64,000 bases of DNA from Nageia nagi (lineage: Eukaryota; Plantae; Pinophyta). Shown here one piece after another: positions 1-12,889 of this stretch. How positions within the stretch are numbered: the stretch's first letter is position 1; every line of letters begins with the position of its first letter. Where the stretch lies: positions 53,072,001 to 53,136,000 of the forward strand of contig JBITNC010000001.1 of NCBI GenBank assembly GCA_050084985.1, given 5' to 3'. Position numbers and translations under genes: made by a program. The notes beneath the pieces were generated by a model. The model saw only the letters and a list, made by a program, of their open reading frames with translations. It had not been told where the DNA came from and made no database searches.

Positions 1-393
1 ATGTAAGTGGTTCCTTCAACTAGGAGTACATCCACTAACTAGATATTTACTTCAATCACAAATACAACTCTCCTACAATCCTCTTAACCTTCATCTCCTA
101 AACACTATCCTATAGCATAACTTTATTCCACAAATTGGTATATGATCCAAAGAGGGATCCTTCTATTTATAGGCCAAAATTGCTCTTTAGATCACCCTTT
201 TATCTAATGTACAAAAGCATGACATGCACATCCTTTTACCCAAGGGGCATACTCATGACATGAAGTGTAGGACAAGTTACATTATCATATTCACTTAAAT
301 ACTTAAGGTATCAAATGATACCTTCAAGTATTAGTGAACTTACATAGAAGATTATTATAAAACCTTTACAATAATGCATTATACATTCCAACA
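1..393 (-). mobile_element. Ty1/Copia LTR (partial, cut by the window edge), same family as the 2648-11049 element
   Basis: Near-identical to 2755-3146 and about 10658-11049. It ends in CCAACA like those copies. No PPT follows, so it is a 5' LTR or solo LTR of a minus-strand element. Confidence 0.9.
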
Positions 394-760
394 GGAATTG
401 TTCCAAAGATAATCTTTTTGTGTTGATAGTAATGAATAACAAACTTTCCTCTTCTGACATTCTAAAGAAGAGAGGCTTTCAACTCCTTAATAAATGTAGC
501 TTATGTTGTAGAAACACGGAGACAAGGGATCACATATTCCTACATTATGAATATACATAAAGGATTTGTAATGAGGCAAAAAAAAAGATTTAAAATATCA
601 ATGGGTAACCCCAAATCCAACAACAAAGATGATTGTTCAATGACCACAAATAATAACATGTAAGAAAAATAGACCCATGTAGATATTTTTTCTTTTACAC
701 ATTTATCAACAAACATGGAGTGAAAGAAACAAAAGGATATTTAATAATAAGAAGAACAAA
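394..760 (+). mobile_element. L1-type LINE remnant (zf-RVT / C-terminal ORF2)
   Basis: Manual translation gives PKIIF..NNKLSSSDILKKRGFQLLNKCSLCCRNTETRDHIFLH and later WSERNKRIFNN. These are the zf-RVT and WxxRNxRIF motifs of plant L1 ORF2, with stops and frameshifts. Confidence 0.7.
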
Positions 761-1614
761 ACACTTCATATCTATAAGTTGGCTAGAATAAAACTAATAA
801 AAAATATAAAGGCAAGCACTTAAGGTATAAAAAAGCTAAGGACTTTAAATAATTTAAATTAAAAGGTAAGTGCAAGAAGATGAGTCCACATTTTGGACAA
901 AAAGTGAAAGTATTTTCTTTGATTTTTAGGTTTGGTCATAATTGATCTTAAAATTTGATACACTTAGCCATGGAATCTTGAAAAAGGTCATCATTAGGGT
1001 AAAAATGTAGTTCTCAAAGTTTAGTTTTCAAATATGTAATTTATTCCAATACCCAAATGATAGAAATTGATTTTTTACAAGCATGAATAAAAATCACTAT
1101 TTAAAAATTACTATTAAAGAACCATATGATGCATGTGTAAATCAAATATAATTGGGCTTAAATTAAAGAATTTTTTAAAATCCTTTTGAGAAAAGATACC
1201 TAATACATTGAAGATTGGTTAGGACATTTTTTTGTAATTTTTTAATGAATATGTATTTATTTGTTAGTTCTTAATTAGCAATAATTATCATTTTGAAAAT
1301 TTCTTATGTACATCAAGCATAATTTCACCTAAACTTATCTTCTTTTTTTTTATTTTATGAAGAATTGTATGTAGATTGGTCTCATATATATATTCTAAAA
1401 AAGTTATTAAATAAATATGAAAACCTATTTTTCATAGTTTATGGACCAATTTCATTACAAATTAACTAAAAAATATAAAATATAATATAATTTTAAATAA
1501 TTTACATATTTGAAATCTACACACTCACATCTGTAATACTATAAAATTTCATGAGATATTTATGAGAAAGATGTCATCAAGCACATGTATAAAGTTAGTA
1601 TTTTGCATTATCAT

Positions 1615-1916
1615 TGTTATGACCTTGAAGTTGCAAGTCCAAGGCTAAGGATTGGCTCACCAAGCTAATATCTAAGCAAAAATCTAAGGCAAAATGGTAG
1701 GCTTCAAATTTCAAGGATGGTATCTCGATCTTGAGCATGATTATGGTCCTAAAATAGAGCAAGATCTCAATCTTAATGGGATCCCAACCAAGTTTAGCAT
1801 CTTGGGTAACTGAGATCTTGATTAGGCTTAGTATCCTAACCCAATCAAGATCCTAATCATTTAGAATTAGGATCTCGATCCTACCCAAATTTTTCTAAGG
1901 CATAACACTTCCCCTT
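1615..1916 (-). mobile_element. Probable short LTR (1615-1907) with adjacent PPT
   Basis: Inverted termini TGTTATG...CATAACA, followed immediately by CTTCCCCTT (a polypurine tract on the minus strand). Confidence 0.45.
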
Positions 1917-2278
1917 AATTGGAACTCATCTTCTTGCACTTACCCTAAATCTTAACCAATACAAATAGAAAAATGATAATTAAATAGGGGCATCAAATTA
2001 ATATCATTATGAAGAGTATGATACAAGTAAATTCAAGCACATGGGAATTAAATTTGAGATATATGTGGACACCCAAGCCATCAAAAGTACATGGATTTCA
2101 TGATGAGAATATTGGAAAATATAAGATCACATTTTTGAAGATAGATTGGTCTTTGCAAACTATCTCAAATCATAATTACTACCTCCAAACATAGTATAAC
2201 AAAGAATAATTACATGCAAACCTACTATCTTCATCCAAAAACTTGAGCATACTTGTAGAGTATTATACAAAGGTTCAA

Positions 2279-2647
2279 ATGGGAGGTGACTTAGTTAAAA
2301 CAAAATTGTTATACATAGATGAAGTAAGGTCAAATAAGAGAGTATGAAAGATACTTATTGATTGAGCGATGAAGAATTTCATGGAGGCCTATAAAGGTTT
2401 TGATCCCTATTTGTTAATTACAATAAGAAATTCATTGGATGAAGGCATTTGTAGCATTAAAAATATGGAGATAGTTTTTAGCACTGACACTATAGATGAA
2501 GCAATTCAAATGAGGAACAAATGAAAGGATATAAAAAGGAGAGCAAGCTGAACAAATTAGAAGAGATTACCAAATTCAAGAAACTAGAGGAGGAATTGAT
2601 CAAATATAGAACATGGTACAAATGGACAAGCTTTCCCAAATCATAAG
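2279..2647 (+). pseudogene. Retroelement accessory ORF remnant, part 1 (continues after the Copia insertion)
   Basis: MGGDLVKTK...KNFMEAYKGFDP...FSTDTIDEAIQM...KWTSFPKS with in-frame stops. It is interrupted exactly at the ATAAG TSD. Confidence 0.5.
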
Positions 2648-5600
2648 TGAGAAATTACACTATAACATAAAAAATCCTAAACTCCCAAGGTCACATGAAA
2701 GCTCACAAATCTCATATAACAAACTCACAAAGCAATCTCACAATACAACATAAGATGTGAGTGGTTCCTCCAACTAGGAGTACTTTCACTAACTAGATCT
2801 TTACTTCAATCACAAATACAACTCTCTTATAATCCTCCTAATCTCAACTCCTATGCTCTATCTTATAGCATAACTTTACTCCATAATTGGTGTATAATCA
2901 TAAAGAGAGAGCCTTCTATTTATAGGCCAAAATCTCTCTTTAGATCATCCTCTTATCCAATGTACAAAAGCATGACATGCACATCCTTTTACCCAAGGGG
3001 CATGCTCATGACATGGAGTGTATGATAAGTTACATTATCATATTCATTTAAATACTTAAGGTATCAAATGATACCCTTATGTATTAATGAACTTACATAG
3101 AAGATTATTACAAAACCTTTACAATAATCCATTATACATTCCAACACTCCCCCTTAATGCAATATTGAGATAGAGCAAAAAAGAGAGAAGAAATAGAGAA
3201 AGTAAGAGAGTTCTCTTCCAAATAGATACAACAGAGATGACAAATTTTACATATTTGTGAAGTAAGAAAGATCTTGTTTGAGACTCACTACTTTTCCAAA
3301 TACAATCATTAACCTTACCCAATTTCAATGTACATGAAGTAGTCATCCAACTGGAAGTCATGAAGAGTATCCAAGAGCCTGCATACTTGAGGTAAGTAAC
3401 CTACAATATTAAAGGAACCTGTAAGTCATAAGTAGTTCAAATAATAATAATAGTTAAATGCAAGATATTCATATCAACAAGGATAGATGAATCACATAAA
3501 TACTATTGTGAACTGATTAATGGTGCACTATAAGTCATCACGAAGATGCCATGCCAAAAAATTATAGCCACCTACTATATATAAAACATGTGCTGATTAT
3601 CATTACAAAATAGAGCATGCACATATGGATTACTGAATAGTGCCAAAAGATACATAAGAGTTCTTCACACATGGATAATTGAAGAGTGTTATATTGGTCA
3701 ATCTTTTACTTTAAAAAATTTGTATAATAAATTCCTCATGTAGAGCAAACTTACCACAAAGGTAAAAAATAATAATCAACACTATAAAAAATCCTCCTAA
3801 AGGTGAAGTTATCATCACAAATATGAATTTAACATAATAATTCAAACTTCACTCCCCCCTTGAGGGTAAATTCACCAACCTGATAGCATCCCTAAGCTTG
3901 CAAAATTAACCTTTTGAGAGGGGCTTGTTGAACAAATCAATAGAGTTTAAAGTAGATGAAAAACACTCTAGATGTATGATGCCATTAAGAACCTTCCTCC
4001 TGATAAAATGGGCATGGATTTTCACATGTTTTATTCTTTGATGCAACATAAGATTCTTAGCTAAAGAAATAGTCGATTGATTGTTTGAAGAAATCAAAGA
4101 TGAGCCACCTTGCTCATACCTAATTTTTTTCAAAAGATGTCTTAGCCAAATGGCTTCCTGGGATACAACAGACATGGCTTAGTATTCAACTTATGTAATG
4201 AAAAGAGAAATAGTAGGCTACTTTTTGGAAGCCAAGAGATAGCATCTGAACCAATGCTAAACACATATGAAGAGGTTGATTTCTTGTCATCTCTATCTCC
4301 CCCATAATCAAAATCTAAGAATCTAGAGAGAATAAACAAGGGCAACTTATAATACTTGAGAGCAAGGTCCTTAGTCCTTGAAACATACTTCAAGATTTGC
4401 TTAACAACATTGAGGTGCTCAACATATTATTTCTGCATGAATTGTGACATCATATTCACTACAAAGGTAATATCTAGCCTAGATATAGTTAAATAAAAAA
4501 GACTACCAATTAATTGCGTGTAAGCTATATCATTAGCTAACTAAGAGTTGGAGTTTAGAGAAATAAAGATTCCAAGAGAGACTAAGATTACAACATATCT
4601 ACACTTCTCCATTTCAAACTTTTGCAAGATGTTTGATATATATTTAGATTGACTAAGGTAAGTACAATACTTATATTGATACACTTACATTCCAAAGTAG
4701 TAGTGCAAGAGACCAAGATCAATTATTTTAAATGTTACCTTAATTTTTGATATGCACTCTTGAATGATTTTAACATTGTTCCTAGTTATCAGAAAATCAT
4801 CCACCTAAAGGAGAATCAAGACCACATATTTTTCTTAATTAAACACATAGAGATAGGAGTCAAAAAAACACTTGGAGAATCCATTGTCTACAAAGTATCC
4901 TAAAATCTTTGTGTACCAGGCTCGAGGTGCTTGCTTAAGTCCATATAATGACTTCTTTAGCTTGCACATAAAGGACTCTTTGCCTTTCACAATAAACCCT
5001 TCTAGTTGATTCATGAAGATTTCACATCTAAGTCACCATTGAGAAATGCACTCTTGACATCAATTTGAAACACTTTCCATCCTTAAGATGCAAAAAAGTA
5101 AGGATAATCCTCATAATAGGCATCTTTTCCATGGAAGCAAATGTTTTCTCATAATCTACACTGTATTTCTTAGCAAAACCTTTAGCTACTAACCTTACCT
5201 TATATTTCTTAATATCTCTAACTAAATTGAACTTGACCTTGTAGATCCACTTATTTCGAATCACATGCTTCTCATTGAGATAAGGAACCAAGTCCCAAGT
5301 TTTATTTTTTATAAATGCCTCATACTCCACTTTCATAGCTTCCATACAGCACTCATGCTTTGAAGCTTCTTTGAAGATTGAGGGTTCATGCTTATTATCA
5401 ATCTTGGCAAATAAAGATTTATTCATGGTCATGCTTTTTGTTACCCTTTGTGTTGAAGAATTTTGTTCCTAAGGTGACTTGTCTACATCAATATCTAACC
5501 AGCTAGGTGCAACTAAAGAATCCTTTGAATTATCAACATCCTCTTTAGAAGTAGATTCTTCAAGAAGTTCATTAAACTTTACATCCCTTGAAACAAACAC

Positions 5601-8600
5601 AACATTGTAGGATGAAGAGTAGAGCCTATAGCTTCTATGTTGACTATCATAAGCCACAAAGATTTATTTTTCAACCTTTTTTTCTAACTTCTTCTTTTTC
5701 TTAAAAATAATATAGGGGAATGCTTCACAACCAAACATCCTAAGGTGTGAAATGCTAGGTTTTCTTTTTTACCATGCATCAAAAGGAGTTTTACTCACAG
5801 CTTCACCACATAAGAAACTAGGAAGATTAGCCAACATGCATCTTACCATCTCCATAATTATTCTATTTTTCTTTTTGATAACACCATTCTGTTGAGGAGT
5901 GTATGGAATTGTAAACTACCTCTTGATTCCATACTTAACATAATAGTCATTTAACTCAATGTTATTATATTCATCCTCATTATCTGATCTCAACATCTTA
6001 ATTTTAAGGTTAGTTTGATTCTTAATATAGGCCTTAAAGCTCTCAAAGGTTTGATCTTTATGCTTAAATCGATACCCAAAGGTCATCTTACTAAAGTTAT
6101 CAATGAAATTCAAGATGTAAGATGCTCTTCTAAGTGACTTAGTCTAAAATAGATCCATCAAATCTAAATACACAAGTTGAAGAGGTTGAGATGTTCTTGT
6201 TGCTTTATCTTTTTCAAATTTTTATCTATGCATCTTGCCAAGAATGCACTTCTTGCATAGACCAATCAAAGAAGAAATTGAAGGCAAACCTTCCACAAGT
6301 TCTTGGTCTTTCATGACTAGAATACTCTTATGGTTAAGCTACCCTAAACATTGGTGTCAAAGATTGCTTCTAGAACACATACTAGAAGCAAAACATATCT
6401 TTGATAGAACTTGATTCATAGTGTAAAGATTATCTTTTATAGATCCTTTAACCAAAGTGGCAAGTCCTTGCTTAATGCACTAGGATTATGAGTCAAACTC
6501 AAAATAGTACCTTTTTCTAGCAACTTGAATCACAAAAAGAAGGTTCATCCTTAACTTAAGAACATAGAGAACATTTTCAAGAACTTTTCTATGAATCAGC
6601 ATACTCCCAATTCTTTGAACTTCAAGAGTAGAGTTATCACCTATCCATCCACATCTTTTCTGTACTTATAAAAGTTCTCAAAAAATTTCTTTTCAAAGCA
6701 TAAGTGATTAATGCAACCCGAATCAACAATCCATTTAGATAAAAAAAGAGTGAGATAAGAAATAAAGCATCACAATAAAATTAGCTTGAATATTCTTCTT
6801 TTTTTATAGTTATTTACATTTTCATTACCTTTGTTCTTTTCTTCTCTTTTATTTTTGTACCAATCAACTTCTTTATGACCTTGGATACCATAAAAGTTAC
6901 AATTACCATCAAACTTTTCCATAGGATAAGCATTGTTTGCTTTACCTTTTCCATCTATTTGCTTGAAGTAGTTGTTATTACTGTTGTTCCTACTATTATT
7001 ATTTTTGTTCTTATTATTACCATTGTTACCATTTTTCTTGCTATTATTGTAGTTGTTGCCTCTTTTCTCCAACCTTTTGGAAGAAGAAGGATAAGATTTT
7101 TTTTATGGTTGAACTTCTTCTTGAAAGGAGTTTTGGTTTATCCAAGAGCAATGTTATTATCCTTAAAAGAAGAAATCAATATCTTATTATTAAGAGTTTT
7201 TTCATGCTTTAAAATGTGCTTAGAAAGGTTTTAAGGGAGAAGACTTCTTCATCATCAAGCCTTATTTTCAAAACTGTTACAAAGTTTCTAAACTTTGAAG
7301 AAAGGTTTTGAAGAATGATAAAGATCATGAACTTATCATTGATCTAATTGCATCCATAAGCAACAAGTTGGGTCCTTAGGTCAATGATTTTGTTTAAGTA
7401 TATAGCCACATTTTCATCTTCCCCTTGATGACATTGAAGCAAATTTTGGAGAATGGTAAACCTTCTTGAAGAATTTGAACCAAGGTAGATTTGCTTAAAC
7501 CTATCCCAAGCTTCCTTTACCAATGTTGAAGAGGAAATCATCAAAAGCACATCATTTGAAATTGCATGGTAAATCATGGAGGTTGCTAACTCATTCTTTA
7601 TGTTGTAAGCCTCTAGTGCCTTTTCATCTGTAGGAGGCACAAGGTTCTCATTCATTATTTGCCAAATCTTCCTTACCTGCAATTTAGCTCTCATTTATGA
7701 TTCTCAAATCTTAAAATTGAAACCATCAAGAATGTGTTTGGGTAAAAAGGATTCTTCCATTTGCTACATAAGAATGTGAAAAATAATAATTATATGGTTT
7801 AATAAATAATATTAAATGTTAAATTTTAATTAAATAAATAATACATGTTACATTTAACATTAGATATATGCTTGATTTGATTCATAAGTGCAAATATTTT
7901 ACAACTCAAAAAATCCATGTACCCAAATACATTTCTCATCTCAAGAACCATAGATGTAGAGTGACATTGTTGAGGTTTATTTTCTTATCTAAAATTAAGT
8001 TTTCACCTAGATGCCCACAAAAGAGGAGCCCAAGTACTACCAATCCTCAACTAGTTCCCCTTGGTCAGTTTTATACTTTCTCACAAGGACAAGTACATAC
8101 TATTTTTCAAGGTTATGATATTTATTGGATTGATCAAATTATTAATCTTGATTAGATTTCGTGTTATCCTTCTAGATTATTAGGATAATCCCTGAATGGA
8201 TGTGCGAACATATGGTATCACTACACACATGCATGTCCACCTATTGGAGTTATTTCTAGATCAATAGAGGAATTAAGGGCAATTGAGATAGACATTTCAC
8301 CATTTGGATCATCGAACTTAAAGGATCTAGTTCACCTGTTCTCATCTCATGGCTTCTCAAACAAGTCATGTTCCAAAATGTACATGCAGATGTGTTCATT
8401 TAAGGGGTTGCTCATATCAATATTTGCATTTTTGTTTGCATAAGCAAATAAAGCAAAAGATAAAACATGAAATAAAAAGCATAAATAAAATATCATCCAT
8501 TTAAAAATTTGAAACCAAAGTGTCCAATGGGTTTTGTTTACCAACCCCTAAAGACATCTTTACATTATTTCTAAATTTGCACAAGCCCATTCTTGCATAA

Positions 8601-11049
8601 GAAGTAGATTTTATCATAACTTAAGATTTTAAGCATGCATTATTTAACTTAAAAAAACTTAAGTATCTATCCTAAATTTTAAGTCCTTAAGCATTTATCA
8701 TCAAAAATTAATTTCTAAGCAAGTATTAGGCATGCATAAAGTTTAAGTACTAAGCATGCATTTATTAACTTAACAAATAAGTATTAAGCATGCATTTAAT
8801 TTAAAATTTAAGTACTGAGCATAAGTATGCATCATTTTAACTTAAAAGTATGCATCTAAAAAATGCACTATTTAACTTAATAATTTTAAGTTAGAAAATA
8901 TATCTTTTAACTTTAAATAAATTGAAATACTTAACAAATGAGTACTATGCATTTAACTTTTAAGTAGTAAGAATTTACTTAAAATTTTAAGCCCTAATCA
9001 TTAACTTAAAAAAATTAAGTAAGCATCATGTTTTAAATTTTAAGTAAAAAATTCATACAAATTCCCCCTTTTTTACTTAAAGTTGTACCCCTAAAGATAG
9101 CATGCTGAGCTTAACTTAATACTTTATCCTTAAAAGTATTTTGCATGCTAAAAAAATTATACTCAAAAAAATATTTTTAAATGTAGGTATTTAATAGCAA
9201 TGATGCATTTTTTACCATCTTTTTACTATAAAGTAATATAATAATACCAAGAATGATAAAGCTTTAAAAATGTGAAGTATAAGAGTTACTAAGAGCATTT
9301 AAAAAAAGGTTGCTTGCAAGTAAGCAAAAAAAAGGAATTAAATGCTTAAAGGGTATACATTGCTTCTAAGTGGCTTGCAAGTAATAAATTGCATCAACAA
9401 AAAAAATTAAATGTGAACCCCCTTTTGTTAAATCCTAGGCAAGAGAGAAAAAAGGTAGCATTGCAAAGGTGGTTGTGCATAGAACAATGTGCATAAGAGA
9501 GCCATAAATGGTGGTCTATGATCTGTCAAGCATCCAAGAGAATAAGCCAAAGAAGGCCAATGGCTGATGGGAGGAGCATGGAGGTCAATGAGAGATCTAA
9601 GTCCAAACATAATGGGAAGGAGTGCGACAGAGGTGAGGCTACGAGTGGAGGGTTGACAGTAGAGCCACCATTGAGGGGGGAAGCTAATGGGTGTTAAGGG
9701 AGCCTTAGAGCAAGAGATTAAGGGAGAAGCGAGGAGGGAGCTACGAGGAGTAGCCTATGGAAATCGAGGAGGTCATAAGGTTCATGGGGTGTGGTCAAGC
9801 ATTATCAGCTGCAAAGTAGGAGGGGTGTGGTCGGTTGCAAAGGAGAATTGGTTGGGGTTTGGCCAACCAACACCAATCAACCTCCCCTTGCCAATGTTTT
9901 CCACAAAATTTATTCAAGAAATATATATATTTAATATATATACTTCTTTTTAAAAAAAAAATTAAAAATCTAATCTATTATGTTAAAAAATATCAGATTT
10001 TAGAAAAAGATAGATTAAAAAATTCTTCCCCTTTTTTGTTGAACACAAAAAACAATGTAGTAAAGTGTTGTTACTTTAAAAAAAATTTGGTTAGTATCAA
10101 AATAGTTGAAATAAAAACTTGTAAAATACAACTATTTGATAAGGGAACTAAGGTAGGCAAAACTTTAATATATAAATTTTTCAAAAAAAATTGCATATAA
10201 TTTTTGAAGGAAAGAAATTAGTATATTTTTACTTAAATACATAATAAAACCTTCAAAAAAAAGATATGCAAAATTATAGCAATAGGTAATCTTAAACAAT
10301 TGCAACTAACAATAATACATGTTAGTATACAAAAAAAATTACAACAAAATATATTGCTATTTTAAGCAAATTTTATCATAAATAATGACTATCACAACAC
10401 AAGATATGTTAGTAACATAATGCAATAATCCATAAGATAAAAAAAGGAGGTAAATTATTCCTTCTCTTAGTTTTACCTCACCAATGGGGATCACCAAGAT
10501 GTAGTTTCCACACCAAGAATAAGAGCTTTCACACCTGCTCTGATACCAAATGAGAGAATTGCACTATAACATAAACAATCCTAAACTCCCAAGATCACAT
10601 GCAAGCTCATAAATCTCATCTAACAAACTCACAAAATAATTCTCAACACAACATAGGATGTAAGTGGTTCCTCCAACTAGGATTACATCCACTAACTAGA
10701 TCTTTACTTCAATCACAAATAAAATTCTCTTACAATCCTCCTAATCTCAATTCCTATGCTCTATCCTATGGCATAACTTTAGTCCACAATTGGTGTATAA
10801 TCACAAAGAGGGAGCCTTCTATTTATAGGCCAAAATCCCTCTTTGGATCACCCTCTTATCCAATGTACAAAAGCATGACATGCACATCCTTTTACCCAAT
10901 GGGCATGCTCATGACATGGAGTGTATGACAAGTTACATTATCATATTCACTTAAATACCTAAGGTATCAAATGATACCCTTAATTATTAATGAACTTACA
11001 TAGAAGATTATTACAAAACCTTTATAATAGTGCATTATACATTCCAACA
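2648..11049 (-). mobile_element. Full-length degraded Ty1/Copia LTR retrotransposon
   Basis: LTRs at 2648-3146 and 10551-11049 (TG...CA). 5-bp TSD ATAAG at 2643-2647 and 11050-11054. tRNA-iMet PBS (GCTCTGATACCA on +, 10537-10548). PPT at 3147-3157. Domain order gag-PR-INT-RT-RH. Confidence 0.95.
3906..7760 (-). pseudogene. Copia gag-pol, frameshifted and with stop codons
   Basis: Gag (7344-7760), degenerate CCHC (CNFYGIQGHK), protease WIVDSGC (about 6700-6740), integrase (FIDNFSK..RSDNEDEY), RT (KWIYKVK..KVRLVAKGF), RNase H (DRDDKKSTS, KHVKIHAHFIR). Confidence 0.9.
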
Positions 11050-11054
11050 ATAAG

Positions 11055-11385
11055 ATGTAGTTAAGATTTAATGAGGTATGTGACATTGGAGTGCAAACAC
11101 AAAAAGGTGTTTGATTACCACTTTGGAATTCTAAACCACTTCAAATATAATAATAAAGATTTTCTTAATTTCCTTTTTTCATTCTTCATTTTATAGAAAT
11201 ATCCATACAAAAGTTCAAATATAATAATACATACATTCCACTTCATCAAAGTGTGATAAAATTAGTGTATGATATAGAAAATGCTAAACAACCAAGACAA
11301 AAACCAAATGTATATATTGAGGATGAGGTTGAGGACATACCATCAACTCATGTTTTAAAGAAGAGAAAGAGGAAACATCTTAGGG
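11055..11385 (+). pseudogene. Retroelement accessory ORF remnant, part 2
   Basis: Resumes after the TSD as DVVKILMRYVTLECKHKKVFDYHFGILNHFKY. A later acidic-basic tail reads EDEVEDIPSTHVLKKRKRKH. Confidence 0.5.
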
Positions 11386-11389
11386 ATCA

Positions 11390-11727
11390 AGTTTTAGGAG
11401 TTAGGGTCTATGGGTTAGGGGTTAATTTTTAGGGTTTAGGAGTTAGGATTTGGGTTTAGTGCTTAGGCTTTAGGATTCAAGGGTTAGTGATTAGGGGTTT
11501 AAAGGTTAGGGGTTAGGGTTTAAGGGCTAGGGGTTAATGTTTAGGGTTTAGGGGATAAGGTTTGAGGTTTAGGATTTAAGGTTTAGGGGTTTAAAGGATA
11601 GGGATAAGGGTTTAGGAGTTAATGTTCAAGGTTTAGGGGTTAAGGTTTGGGGTTAGTATTTAGGGTTAGTGATTAAGGTTTCAGGGTTTATGGTTTAAGG
11701 GTTTAGGGTTTAAGTCTTTAGGGTTTT
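11390..11727 (+). repeat. Degenerate interstitial telomere-like array (TTTAGGG/TTAGGG/TTAGGGG variants)
   Basis: About 340 bp of G-rich tandem units such as ttagggtttagg, ggttaggggttagggttt. Confidence 0.9.
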
Positions 11728-11901
11728 CAATTAATTTTATATTAAAAGTATTTTTTTAAATTAATTAATTCATTTATTAAATAAATAAATACATAATATT
11801 TTAAATTAATTTTTTTATATTTATATAATATGTAATTAGTTTAAATTTATTTTTTTCGATGATATTTTTATGTTTAGAGGGGAATGAATGATAATAATAT
11901 T

Positions 11902-12300
11902 ATCATATTAGCTTAGATTTTGTACATGTTTTCTTTATTTTATAGATGCATATGCATTTGCCTTTAAAATGAACATTAATGAATTAGAGGTGATGAACAA
12001 CCATTGATTCTACTTTTCTTGAGTTCCCACGGCCATAATTTATGAGCCATAGAGCCAACTACTCTTGGATTTGATCACCAATGTAGTCATCCCCCTAGGA
12101 TATCACATTAGCTTAGATTTTGTACATGTGTGCTTTATTTTATAGATGCATATGCATTTGCTTTTAAAATGAACATCAATGAGTTGGAGGTGATGACCAA
12201 CCATTGATTCTACTTTTCTTGAGTTCTCACTACCATAATTAATGAGCCATAGAGCCAACTACACTTGGATTTGATCACCAAGCTAGTCATCCCCCTATGA
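11902..12300 (+). repeat. Two-copy ~200-bp tandem duplication
   Basis: atcatattagcttagattttgtacatg...gtcatccccct occurs at about 11902 and about 12103. Confidence 0.85.
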
Positions 12301-12889
12301 TAGGAGTCATCAATTTCTATGTCAACTTATTATAAATAAGGGAGATAGAGCTTATTATAGCCTAGTCCTTGGACTTATGAGTCCATTAATGAAACCAAGA
12401 GGGTTTGAGGCCTCTGGGATGGTAAACCATGAACTAATCACTTGATGACTTCCTTTCGCCTCGTTACACTTTAGTTACCATGCCAACACTTAGCTTTAGG
12501 AAGCCTTTCATCCACCTTATCTTGCTTGAAGCCCACTTTGATTAGACAAGGATTAGATTATTAATAGTGTAGGCAAAGTTGTAATGACCACTTTCAATAT
12601 ATTGTTATGTGATACATCAACAAGATATGGTAAACTCAACTTATAATTTTACCAACCTACCTTATTTTAACACATGCTTAATATACATTCTAAGAAAATT
12701 AAAAACTTTAAAAATTTACTTCATATCACTCATATTAATAATATTAAATCAATTTGTGAAATTATAAAAAAAGATAACCACATTGCATTGCATGATAAAG
12801 TAATTAAGAATATAGACTATTTGATGTATATTTGTGAAGTTGTAAAAAAGATAACCACATCGCATTAGATTGTTTTAATTATACATCTT

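Noticed and set aside
870-1610. Possible DNA-transposon terminal region
   Set aside because: It looks repetitive, but no TIR or TSD could be established.
6875-7234. Hydrophobic + strand ORF resembling a membrane protein or env
   Set aside because: It is the antisense of the Asn/Lys-rich Copia gag linker.
11390-11727. True chromosome end
   Set aside because: Short, highly degenerate and internal to the sequence.
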